A stretch of 64,000 nt of DNA from Nemertoderma westbladi (Eukaryota > Animalia > Xenacoelomorpha). Made by a program: the position numbers and the translations under genes. The stretch covers positions 1 to 64,000 of the forward strand of contig JAUCBJ010006077.1 in the NCBI GenBank assembly GCA_032718475.1, given 5' to 3'. Each line of letters starts with the position of its first letter. Position 1 is the stretch's first letter. This document shows, piece by piece, positions 1-11,846 of this stretch. Below the pieces are notes generated by a model. That model was not told the origin of the DNA. It worked only from the letters and a program-made list of their open reading frames with translations, and searched no databases.

Positions 1-1200
1 GCCTAATTTGGTAGGCTTTACTAAAAGGACACCTTTTAGTACGAGTGTGCCGACTAATGGGGTGCAACCGAGCCGAGTGTCCACGATCGCATTAGATAAC
101 ACGCCACTCACGAGAGATTTAATGGAATTGGAATAAGTTGGATTCCAAATGTTAAATTAATTTGGACCGTGGGGTTTCTATGTTTCAAATAACCTGGAGT
201 TATTAAAGAAGTCTTCGACACTAATACATTTCTATAACAAATAGAATAAATGTATTATTATATTATATCATATTATGTATTATTATCAAATGTATTATTA
301 CACGCAGGGCCGGATTTAGTGTGGTGGGTGGCCCGGGCTCTAATGTATGGGTATGGGGTTTGCACTAGAGTTTGAAACCAAGTCGCCTCGGTTGAATCAG
401 AGACTTGTCTCTGATCTCTGGATTCTCCGGACATTTTTTAATGTCTGGATAGGTCTCTGGTTCCCGGGTATTTTAAACAGACACTTTACCTAGAGATTTG
501 TGATATTTTCAAATTAAAAACATATCATAATTAGGGATGTCCCGGAATCGATATTTTGATTCCGGCCGGAACCGGAATTCAACATGCCGGAATATTCCGG
601 CCGGAATTCCGGAACTTTCTATAATTAGTGAAATACACTAAATGACCCATGACACTTTATAAATTTTTTGTGAAACAAATGTTTTTTTTATTTTCTACAG
701 CTAAGTTTGATAATGAGAGGAATCAGAACCTTGGCGGGAATTAAGGTGGGTGGAGTGGAGAATGGCCTGGGCCCTTATGGGGACGGGATGGTACTTCGGC
801 ATTGAACGACAGGGAATTCAATAAAAAAAATTTTTCTAAAATCTATAACTTTTTAGACTCATACCTAAAAACCCACGTTAACCAAAAACCTTTGGTTTCG
901 CTTCATTAGGTCCTTTGGTGCAATATCCTGGTGTCTTTAAGGGAAAGGAGCATGTTACTGTGACATGTTATTCGAACCAAAACAATGAACGAGGCCAAAT
1001 AGTACTTGTTACAGTTTAATTATTGCTGGGAATAAATAGATTTATGATAAGAAATAGCTTTATTGTAAATATAATTAAAACTAGTATATTATGCAGCACC
1101 TACGACGCACATTGGACGAGATAATACCAATCATAATATTATCTAAAAACGCCATTTTATAAACAAATTTTAAAAAGCAAATTGGAAAAACCACTATTTA

Positions 1201-1522
1201 AGGACCGTGCTCCACTGGTAAGTCTTATGTAGTCTTAGTCAGAATAAATTATGGAACACATTGGTTTCAATAGGGGCGTCTCCACTGGTAAGTCGTAAGT
1301 TACGACCTATGAGTCGTAAGTGATTATGTCCCTTGTTCCATCTTTTGACATATGAATCATGTGTTATATCCGGCAAGAGGCCGGTGATTGGTTACTTTGG
1401 GTATAAATATGCAGTAAATGTGAGACGCATCTTATATTTTTTATCAAATGACTTAAGACTCGTGTTACCTATTGAGCAAGGAGGCATTCATTTTGACATT
1501 CTGACCAGTGGGGCACGGGCCT
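1201..1522. mobile_element. Small TIR element (MITE) nested inside the hAT element
   Basis: AGGACCGTGCTCCACTGGTAAG (1201-1222) matches the reverse complement of 1501-1522 at 19/22. A third partial copy of the terminus lies at ~1272. TSD unclear. Confidence 0.6.
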
Positions 1523-1742
1523 ATTGATGCATTTCATTAGTTAATGTAAATTACGATGGTTTTTGTGAATTGTATAGGAATACTACAGTAGGTGGTGTAA
1601 CATATGGTGGGACCATTTTAGTTTCATTACCAGGTGAATTGTTTTTGGAAATGTGTTACATATACCCATCAAGACTGCATTCACTTTAATAAACTAAACA
1701 GGGTGGCTGTGAATTTTCCCTCGTTAGATAGGTTAGTTAGAT

Positions 1743-1910
1743 TCCACCTTGGTGCATGGTAATAGTGGTTGCATTGATTTCCAATCTATCTGGAGGTCGT
1801 GGGTTCGATCCCTCCATGTGGGCCAATGCAGTTTTATATTTAGCACGAATGGTTTGAAGGGGCTAACCATGGGGCATCTATGCCTTGCATCCTTAAATGT
1901 TAGCTCTAAC
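1743..1910 (+). mobile_element. tRNA-derived SINE fragment (same family as 60634-60860)
   Basis: B-box GGTTCGATCCC at ~1803. Body GGGCCA...GCACGAATG...GCATCT..GCCTTGCATCCTTAA aligns with the copy at 60634-60790. Confidence 0.7.
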
Positions 1911-2820
1911 GGTCGAAGAAAACTTCATTTCTATACTTTTTTTACAAGTGTTGTACAGTATTTTAAACTAATTGGTAATAATGTTTAAAAAATATATAAA
2001 TGTTGATAATAATTTAACAAACTAATTGCAACTATCAAACTAGTTAGGAACCTGGTAATTCCGGTAAAATTCCGGCCGGAATTGACCCCATTCCGGCAAT
2101 TCCGGCCGGAACCGGAATCGGGTAAAAACCGCCGGAATTCCGGCCGGAACGGAATTCCGGGACATCCCTAATCATAATTATCTTGTATAACATAAAATTC
2201 AAAATGAAGATTCTTTATCACAAATATGTTTTTACTATATAAATAACTTCTTTAATTTTTAACTATTTTTAATACTCCGTAGCTTAACAGAATAACAACA
2301 CCAAAATAAAAACATTTAATAAACAAAGTAATCAAACAGATTTAACAATAACAAATAAGTAAATAAGTTTTTTCGGTACAAAATACTTACCATTCGCGGT
2401 TAAATTAATTTAATCATCCCGTTAGATATCGTTAAATAAAATGAAATAACGAGTAACAGAATTAGAAAGTGTTATGTATTCCTTTCCTTTATAGCCTATT
2501 TGACCAATAACATAATTCCTGTATAATACCAAGGTAAGGCATGGATGCATATTGTCAACATTATGTAAATTACTCCCTTAATGAGTTTCTATTCTCAATT
2601 TCTCAATTAGATTTTCGATTGTTAACCAAAAATTAAGATAATGAAGCACTCTGTTGAAAGTGGTGCATGAAAAATGTGAGGGCATACTGAATTCGCCAAT
2701 TAAAGTAGGGATGGTAAAATATCACTCCTTTCACATTTCATAGAGCAAACAGATACGGGAACATCACACAAGCATTAAAGCATCAGGTAAGCATTAAAGA
2801 TTCGTATATAAATTGGTAAA

Positions 2821-5015
2821 CTAAGAAGTTATAATCGGTAGAATATGTCCTTCCGTGTTAAAAACCCATTTATTTAATGGAATAACAGAGTCATTGCTGA
2901 AGATAAGGTACAGGTACTTAAGTGTTTCTGCGAGGAAGAATGACTGCTGTACATCATCGTAGACAACATTGGCGACGTTGACATCTTCAATTCCAGAGAA
3001 ACCGCCCTCGACACGGCAATAACGTTCTATTGCCAATGCAACGTCCCAAGCCCATTCGCGGTATTTGGGCTGGTGAGTCAACCTCCACATATAGAAGTAG
3101 GACTCTACCACTTCTGGCCGCAGTATATACTCTGGTTTCCCTATAAGAATCGTCCTGGCTTCACCGCCTCCGGTGAACCGGAAGGTTTCCGGTCCGAGTC
3201 CGGTCGAGGTTAGTGCGTACGATTTCCGACATGTGGCAGTGAGATTAGCTCCCAGTCGCAGGTAGCGCTCCGCATTGTCGGACCATCTGGCGCTAAGAGC
3301 TACCGTCCCCCCAATGAAACACGCAAGGTGCTCCACCTGGGTGATGTTGGATAGTTTGAAGTCACTTCTACATTAAAATGTACAATAAATTTGGGCGAAA
3401 ACAGCCACAACAAACTGTGAAATTAAAAAGAGCATCAAAAAATCCGTTTAAGAAGTTAGGTCATATAGGTGGGTAATTTTCATGTTTGAATTGAGCAGGT
3501 TCCAGTTTGCAACTTTTTTCAGAGTTCATTTATTTGTGCTTGTTGTTTTTTCAAAGGTTACTATACATTAATGTAAAATATAACAGACTACCACAAAATT
3601 AGTAAAAACAATAATCACTAATCAATCAGTCAATAACAACAACAAACGGAAAGCATTTTAAATAAGCAGCAATTAACAGCTACTTTAATCACAGTCCCTT
3701 TTAGGTCCTAATGTTATTAATTAATGTAATTTAGAATAAAAATAACATTAAACGTGGAATTCGCTCGTTTTCCCATAAACCGATGGAAAAAGTTAGATTA
3801 TTTTTTATCACCTTAAATTTGTTTTTTTCAGTTTTGAAATTTATTATTCCTTAAAAATTATTATTGCTCTTTTCGCTCCCTTTTCGGCTTATTTAAATCA
3901 CCACAGTTGAAATAAGATAAGTTTCGAGATATGTGCATAATAATGAAATCAAACTATCCCTTATGGCCGATTCGATCACTATATATTTTTGCGAAGTAAG
4001 TCATTCCGCCTCGATCTTGCAACATCGCATTTTCCATGGCTTTCAGTGCATCAAAGTACATGTTCTTAGCTTGTAAGTCCCGATAACCACTTTGCAACCA
4101 TGACTTTATGAGATATTCGTAGAATGAGTCACAGTGAGACCCAATACTGACTTCCTGGGACGCAAAGTCTCCGCTATAAGGACTCAAATAAGTCTTGTAT
4201 AGGCCACTCGGTTTACGTAACTCCTCTAAGTGATCGCGTATCTTTTGAACCTTCTTGGAGTATATCGGATTGCCCGTTATCTCCGAGAGATAGACAAACT
4301 CAAGATGCAATGATCCTACCGCTGCTAGACTAACGCTATAGTCACTATCGGGCCACAACGAGATCAGATAGTTTATCATTGAACCAAATCGAGTATCTAT
4401 ACGACTTCTTGGCAAACCAGTGCTGGTATAGAAGGCGGGGAGAAGATTATCAGCAACTTCTACAGCTTTACTCATAAACACGGAGTCACCAGTTAGAGCG
4501 TAAGCACCTAGAAGGCCTCCAACAAAGCGAATGTTCGTTTCAAACACGGAAACAGATCCATAGGTTTTGAAGCTGAACATTGTGGCGACCCATTCTCTCG
4601 CCTGGTTAAACTCATCTGTCAGCCCCATTATGTACAAGGTGTCCAGACTATCGATTATAGTGCCTCCCAACCTGGCGGCACCAAACACACCTACTACGTG
4701 GGGTTGCTTTGACACAGGTTGGACCTCATTAGCCCCCCAAGCATATTTCTTATAGCCTTCCCAAGCGTGGACCATCATCTCTTTAATCTTGTCTCGTCGC
4801 TCTATTTGGGCGTCAGCAATTACTTCCTCGCCATCTGGATTCCCAACCATAGGCTGCCGCTGAGGCTGGGTATTCCTCCTTTCCCCGTTGACATGAAGTG
4901 GATTTAATTGTTCGGATTTGTAACATAAAATAAACAAACCCAAAACTCCCATAATGCTGTACGCAAAGAACCTAAATTTCCGACGAATTCTAATTGCGGG
5001 TCGAGGAATCAACAT
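2821..5015 (-). CDS. MAN1A: Class I mannosyl-oligosaccharide alpha-1,2-mannosidase (GH47, Golgi MAN1A-like), ~523 aa; segments 5015-3960 and 3336-2821; junction is non-canonical (see findings)
   Basis: Type II membrane anchor near the N-terminus. GH47 motifs HAWEGYKKYAWG, IIDSLDTLYIMG, SVFETNIRFVGGLL, LHLEF, DSFYEYL, HLACF, YILRPEVVES, SFFLAETLKYLYL and FNTEGH are all intact. ATG at 5015; CCAG|GTG acceptor at 3337/3336. Confidence 0.88.
3349..3960. mobile_element. TIR-bounded insertion occupying almost the whole mannosidase intron
   Basis: GGATAGTTTGAAGTCACT (3349-3366) vs reverse complement of 3942-3959 GGATAGTTTGATTTCATT: first 11 bp perfect, 15/18 overall. TT flanks both sides. Confidence 0.6.
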
Positions 5016-5113
5016 TTTCAGCAATACAATAATAGCAAGGTTAATAAGGAGTTCAGAGAAACGTTAGGTATATTTGTCGCGGTTAGGAGAAATCTAATCG
5101 AATTAAAATACCT

Positions 5114-5810
5114 CGTGGGTTGAGAGTGAAAACCGTCTATATCCAAATCCTAAAAAAATTTAGTGAATTTTATGAATGGATAGCTGAATGCTTCACGTAG
5201 GCCTATCTACTGGACAGATAAAAATAGTACATTGGGTTTTTAGAAGGTATTATATTTGCCACCAATAAAATGCAAAAATCTTCGAACATAGCACTGAATT
5301 TAAAAACCGTCTATATCCAAACACGAAACCCAGTAATGGATATAGACGGTTTTTAAAATTGGAATCCATTAGGCTGCCAGGTACCGGTATACTAAACGAA
5401 AATAAACTTTCAGTTTCCAATTTTAGACTCAACTGCAACTACAATCGGTACCGGTACCAGATGTGCCCCTCATTAGATTAATCATGAGTCAGCCTAAATA
5501 ATGTCCACATGGAATAACAGATAAACTTAAAAAGTATTCAGTTTACTAGTGGTATCTAAATAATGTAAGAATGAATACTGTACTGGTGGAGGAAAATCTG
5601 CCGTAGGCCTATTTATGTCTTTCAGTTCCTGACAGACTGGCAGACTGCATGCTTTGCAGACAACTGAATGGATATAGACGGTTTAAAAATTATTTTTTAA
5701 ATCGTCTATATCCATCTGGATATAGACGATTTTGGAATTGGAAGAGCCTTCACTTAATAGGCATATATCTCAGAATGGCTGATATAGACGGTTTTTACTC
5801 TCAGCCCACG
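5114..5810. mobile_element. Non-autonomous TIR element (MITE, 697 bp), unclassified superfamily
   Basis: 30-bp TIRs CGTGGGTTGAGAGTGAAAACCGTCTATATC / GATATAGACGGTTTTTACTCTCAGCCCACG (28/30). 3-bp TSD CCT at 5111-5113 and 5811-5813. Several internal GGATATAGACGG motifs in both orientations. Confidence 0.85.
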
Positions 5811-6204
5811 CCTTATGTATGATTTTTCTGTGACGGTAATGTCCGTACAACCTATTTAATTTAACCTGCCATTTTATTTCGACGCACACGTCGTTTATAT
5901 AAACCAGAAATACTTTATTAAGACTTCAACTATTATATATTTTGAGTCTTTCTTGTTTCTTATTTGATATCAATTTGAATTCTTAACTTAATTTTAGTTA
6001 GAACTAAATAAAGGCGATTTTTTTTATAGTGAGCTTACCGTCTTAAGTAAATCTACTAGTCTATAGTATTTTTTATTTTTATTCGTCATGACAAATAACG
6101 AAAAATATTATTTTAGGTGCAATAAAATTAATGCAATTTTCTGTATTCTGTACAATGGGATTTCCACCCGAAATATGTTGGAATTAAAGTTGGCATTAAT
6201 AGCG

Positions 6205-6367
6205 GGGTGCTGGCGTCTAATACCCCCAACCCTCTGCGTCGATATCGTATTTCTAGGGCCGCAACGTTTCTTCAGCCAAATTGTTTGCATTCAATACGAA
6301 TATTGTAATTTCATTATAGCAAATCAACTCACGGGTCGTAGTTTAGTGGGATTGTTAACGCAATAGT
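6205..6367 (+). repeat. Dispersed ~165-bp repeat, copy 1
   Basis: GGGTGCTGGCGTCTAATACCCC...GGGATTGTTAACGCAATAGT is near-identical to 11555-11736. Confidence 0.85.
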
Positions 6368-6579
6368 GAGTATAATATGAATATTACATAAAAAAATAAT
6401 TTAATTAACGCATTTGAAAAATTTTTTTGTGAATTACTAATATTAATATTGACAGTAATGACAAGTTGTAGTGTGAAACGTTTTAGTGTGGAAAAGGACA
6501 ATAAATCATAAATTAAATTCCCGTTAGAAATAATGGTATATAACCATAGCACTTTATATTATAGCATACTTATACAATT

Positions 6580-9500
6580 TCATTTATTTCAACGCAACAC
6601 TAATACAATATAAGTATTATGGTTGGAGATACAGTATACGTCACCAATATTGATTTCACCATTAATAACGACTATGCACACGCACAGTATGAATCATGAC
6701 ATGTTCCATAGATCTAGTAAACCACACAAACCACTGGTTTACGGGGCGGCGACAACGTACTGCAATGGTGTTTATGTTCTACAACATGGATTAACAAGCC
6801 ACATACTGTATAACAATATATTATACCTACAGATATTAATAAACAGCACTGGAGAATAACTAGAGTGATGGATAATTTGTAATAACAATAACTGAGAAGC
6901 CAATTGCGGGGGTTATTACACAGTTCCATTTTTGATTAGTGTTTATTATTATACAGTACTATGCTATGTTTACATATTTGTTCATGTTCACATGTTTTGT
7001 TATCGTTTGTACATCGTATCATATTTACCTCGTTTTTATCTTAATTATTATTACCTATGATAAATTTTGACCGAGATTTGAACGCATAGAATAAGAATAG
7101 TGCTAATTTCCTTGTGATTGCCTGAGAGTTATTTGATAGCAGAAGCTTGAATTTGTGGGGATTGGGTCGTTGATGGTACCAATTGTCGATGTACTTGGTA
7201 CGGAGTTCCGAATATTTTGGACAAACGAGTGCAAAGTGCAGTTCGTCTTCTATTTGGTTCAGGTTACATAGTTCGCAAATTCTTTCAGTTCGCGGAACCC
7301 TACGCCACCGCCCGGCCTCAATTTGCAAGTCGTGTGATGAACAACGGAATTTAGCTAGAATGTGTCGGAGTCGCGGTGAGTCCTTTAGGCTGTCCAGATA
7401 CGGTTCGGTTTCAAAGCTCCTTTTGCTATATAACTGTCCTTTAGGGGATCCGGCCAGAGCTCACCACCATCCTTGCACAAATTGGTCTTTGATAATTTTT
7501 TTTACTTTGAACAAAAACTGGCGTTCTGAATTTATCGCTTGGTCTTGCCACACCCAGGATAAACCCAGACTGTTTATGAGGTCCCTTGTAAATGACACCC
7601 AGTTAACCACTGAGTTGTCGTTCAGTACATCCTGATAAAGAAGATTGTACGTTTGTTTTAGTAACCGGTTATCTGGCAACTTTATTATGCGCGTCCAAAA
7701 TTTTACAATGTAAAATTTTCGACGCAAGGCTAAAGGTACCGCGCCACTTTCCCCGTATACCATAAAATTTGGTGTACTGCGCTTTATTCCTAAAACCCTT
7801 TTAATGAATCCCAAATGGACACGTTCGGCAGCCGGTGCCATGTGAAAGCCCCACACCTCTGATCCGTACATAAGTATAGGTAATATTAAACATTCGAATA
7901 GTCTGTATCGCAATTCGAATGTAACATTTGTGAATCTTTGTCTTTGCCAAATTTACCTCGAGAGACCAGTAATCCGCAAACGAACCCAATGTGTCCAAAG
8001 ATGTCTGCAGTTTTGTTGCGCTATTTGCCATGAGAATGACGTCATCAGCGTATAATAGGAGGAACAATTGTAGATGACCTACATGTAGACCCTCAAACCC
8101 AACAACTACCAATTCCGCCTCCAAGTCGTTCAAGAATAGAGAGAAGAGAAGGGGGGATAAAGCATCCCTTTGCATTACCCCTACAAGTACATCGAACTGA
8201 TCGGAATAATTACTGTTCCACCTAACCCGAGCATTAGCTGCGCTGTAAATGCTCTTTACGATTCCGAAGATTTTTCCTCCAAAGCCTAAACTACCAAGTT
8301 TTATCCAAGGAGCCTTGTGGTTAACGCTATCGAACGCACGACGGAAGTCAACGAAAGCGCAGTATAATTTATTCCCAGATTGTTTTGTGAAGTTGGAAAT
8401 AAGACCATGGAGAATAAGAATGTGATCAGTCGCTCCGTAACCTGTTCTGAACCCACCTTGGGCTTCCGATCTAGCACCTGTGCAATCGGCCCACCATGTC
8501 AGTCTTGCGTTTATAATTCCTGTGAAAAGTTTACCAACACAACTCAGAAGCGAAATTCCTCGGTAATTACTCGAATCTAGCCTGTCTCCCTTGTTCTTAT
8601 ATATCGGGATAATTAGTGCGGTCGCCCATGCCTCCGGAAAATATTCTACATAAAGCACTGCATTGAATAATACAGTCAAGGTGGGGGTTAACTGCTCTTC
8701 ACCTTCCATTAAGAATTCATTAATTAGTAAATCTATACCTGCTGCCTTACCCCGCTTTAGTCTATGGATAGCTAATTTGACTTCCTCTTCAGTGAATGGT
8801 TGGGATATATATGATTCTAGGATGGATTTACTTTCTTGTACATTGATATTAACTCTAGGTGGTATTCCCATATCTTCAAAGTTGTTTGTGTTGCTGCTAC
8901 TTAAGTCACTGTAATATTTATAAAACTCTTCAACACTGGGGGATACCGTATTAGCGCTACCTTTACCACTGGCGTTTGCTAGTAGTTTCCAGAATTTTTT
9001 TGTTTCGTAAACCCTAGATTTTTCAAGTAGCTGTGATTGGTCCTTTTTGTAACTAATGCGTGCTTGCCTCAATGACTTCCGATACGTGTTGCGTGCAGAG
9101 GTCATTGCCCTATGAGATTCCTCGTTCCTAGTGCGCTTCCAGTTTGTCACGGCTGTTTGAAATAGACATCTGTTATTTCGACAATCGTCATTGTACCACG
9201 GGTGAGATACTCTAGATGAATCATTTGTAGCGCTCAGTTTGTTAGCGGACGCAAAATATTTGTCAGCCACCCCTGATAAACTATCACATAATTTTTCTGC
9301 CGCACAGTCGATATCGTTTTTCTCTATTTTGCCGCAAGTAACTAAATCAAAAATGGATACCATCTGGAAATCAGATCGCTCCAGGCACCTGAAGACTAAG
9401 TTCTTTCGAGCCACAGTGGAAAGTGTATTTTTATATGGGGGTGAGACCTGGACACTGACTAAATCACTTGAACAACGAATTGATGGTTGCTACACAAGAC

Positions 9501-11470
9501 TACTAAGGGCAGCCCTAAACATCAGCTGGAGACAACACATGACAAACGCCGAGCTTTATGGTACAATACCACCTGTATCAACCACCCTCCGTGAACGCAG
9601 ATTAAGATTCAGTGGGCACTGCTGGCGAAGTAAAGACGAGGTCATACCAGATCTACTTTTCTGGCAACCAACTCATGGAAAGCGTAGTCGTGGACGACCG
9701 GCCATAACATATATAGATCAAATATATAGATCATATATAGATATTGAAAGGGATACTGAACTTAGGAGAAACGAAATAGCGACAACTATGGAGAATCGAG
9801 AAGCCTGGAAGGATCTCATTTCCACTGTCCGAGTTCGCTCGACCTAGTAGTAGTAGTAACTAAATCAATCACATCGTCTAACTTAGCCTGGAATTCAGGT
9901 GAAGCTAAGTCTTGTTTAAATTTGGACGAATATTATTCTTTCCAGAACCTTGAGTATCAGACTGGTTAGTTCTGGGTGAAGTTTGTAGCTGCGATATAGT
10001 GTTACCTGTCATAGTCATTTTCAAAACACTGTGTTTGGTAAACTCATTTGGGTCGTTTACTGTAAAAGAGCTGCATCGCTTGATAATGTCCAAATCCAAT
10101 GGTGGATTTGCCGATCCCTTTTCCAGTTGAATAATATGTAAATTTTCCAAACCCTTTATCCTCACCTGCCCTTCCATTAAATATACGCAAGCCGGTTGCC
10201 TTACATAGTTCTAGTAACCTTTTACCATGGGGATTTATAACAGTATCCATATTGGATCTTGGTACACTACATTCCCCCCACATATCCGGTTGAATGTCGT
10301 CGTCAAAAGAGTAATCCGGGGGAAGTAGGTCGTCCAACATAGACCCGCTTACGTCATTTTCAATATAATCTGGTTCTGATGATGTTCTAGAATTTAAGTC
10401 ACCAAAAATGATTACATCATTAGAACGTTGGTATGCACCCACACCCTCTTCGATCAGATCAAAAATTACAATCGAATCGTTAGAGTACTGAGTGCTTCCT
10501 TGTGGTGGTATGTAGGCCGCGCACAAAATAATATCTTTGTCTAGGTCTAATTTTGCTTTATCAAGTTTAACCCATATCATGTCGTCATTTCCGAATTCTT
10601 GCAACAGAGAGACGGCGCCGTCGTAAATATCTTTGTAAAATAAAGTAACGCCCCCACTAAATCTATTTGCCCTAGGATGTTTCCTTTTTCTAGTGGTTGA
10701 AAGGGTGGAGTACCCGTATAGATTAATATCTAACTTACTTAAAGGGCTCAGCCATGTCTCGGTTGTGATAACAAATTCACATTGTTTGATTATGTTGCAA
10801 AAATTTGGATCAGTAAGTTTCAGAGTTAACCCTTCAACATTTAACAACCAAACACTATATTACTAAAACAGCTTACAGTAGGTTTGTAGTTGGGTTTGTC
10901 ATCATTCCGGTTTCGTTTACCTAACATGCAGTCTGGTCTGGTGGGTTGGGAGGGTATGGCGGTTGTCTAACCGAATTCCCTTGTTGAGTCATGGGGGTCT
11001 GTTCATAGTCCGTTGAGACAGGCTGGTGCTCGCCTGTTCCGTGTCTGGGTGTGTCTATTATTCCACGACGGCCCGATGGACCTATAGAATGAGACCTAGT
11101 ATTGTACTGAGACCTAGATGTTTGTAAACCTTTACCCTTGGGGTTTCCAATTTTCTCTACAACATTTTCTAGACTTGTTGTTCGTTGTTGTTTAGTTTTG
11201 GGTCTACCTCTTGGGTGACCGTTTGATTGTTTGGGGGCGGGTGGATTCGCAAGGGGGGTTGGCGGCATTACTGCCGGGATAGTCTCAGGCAACTTATAAA
11301 TATTAGCAATATTTTCATTTGCATTATTACTCTGACTCGCGGCGGGCAAATATGCCTGGTTAGATAGGACGTTAGAGCGAACGCTATTCACGTTTGTAAC
11401 GGTTGCTAAGGGTTGTTGGTTACTGGGAATTCTGGAATCACCTGTGTTAGCAACCCCCGCTTGAGTGGCA
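6580..11470 (-). mobile_element. Non-LTR retrotransposon (LINE, probably RTEX-like), 5'-truncated and disrupted
   Basis: ORF1-like tail at 10921-11391. AP endonuclease 10044-10850 (NVEGL, TETWL, SGGV, YIPP, GDLNSR). RT 7930-9350 (YRGISLLS, QGGFR, FVDFRRAFDSV, LLYADD). C-terminal part 7041-7913 with GRW..R.ERICELC....EDELHF...C zinc knuckle. Frameshifts, stops and a nested insertion are present. The 3' boundary is approximate (AATAAA at ~6588) and the clade is inferred. Confidence 0.9.
9351..9854 (+). mobile_element. 5'-truncated RTE-clade LINE (504 bp) nested in the RTEX-like element
   Basis: RT C-terminal ORF (FRATVESVFLYGGETW, RRLRFSGHCWR, GRPAITY). (TAG)n tail. 14-bp TSD AGTAACTAAATCAA at 9337-9350 and 9855-9868. 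Confidence 0.95.
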
Positions 11471-11554
11471 GATAAAATACTACTTGTATTATGATGACGG
11501 TCTACAGTAGAATGATTAAAATTAAAATTATGTTGCGCCGCCCCTTGAATGGCA

Positions 11555-11736
11555 GGGTGCTGGCGTCTAATACCCCCCCCCCCCCCCCCCCCCCCACCCT
11601 CTGCGTCGATATCGTATTTCTAGGGCCGCAACGTTTCTTCTGCCAAATTCTCTGCGTTCAATACGAATATTGTAATTTCATTATAGCAAATCAACTCACG
11701 GAGTCGTAGTTTAGTGGGATTGTTAACGCAATAGTA
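11555..11736 (+). repeat. Dispersed ~165-bp repeat, copy 2 (with expanded poly-C)
   Basis: Direct repeat of 6205-6367; the C5 tract is expanded to about C23. Confidence 0.85.
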
Positions 11737-11846
11737 ATTGACTGCAGTTTGGCTCAGGTTGTGTAAATAATTGATGTGGGGCAAGTAAGAACTACGAGCC
11801 ATCAGCGAACTTTTAGAATTATACTATGGCCGTTTTCCAAAAGTCT

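Larger units (their letters stand above)
532..2170. mobile_element. Non-autonomous hAT-type DNA transposon (MITE-like, 1.64 kb)
   Basis: Perfect 17-bp TIRs TAGGGATGTCCCGGAAT (532-548) / ATTCCGGGACATCCCTA (2154-2170). 8-bp TSD ATCATAAT at 524-531 and 2171-2178. Clustered subterminal TTCCGGCCGGAA palindromes at both ends. No transposase ORF. Confidence 0.9.

Noticed and set aside
7801-9414. N-terminus (MARKNLVFRCLERSDFQMVSIF) of the 537-aa RT ORF as genuine protein
   Set aside because: It is the antisense read-through of the nested RTE insertion (9351-9414), not part of the host LINE.
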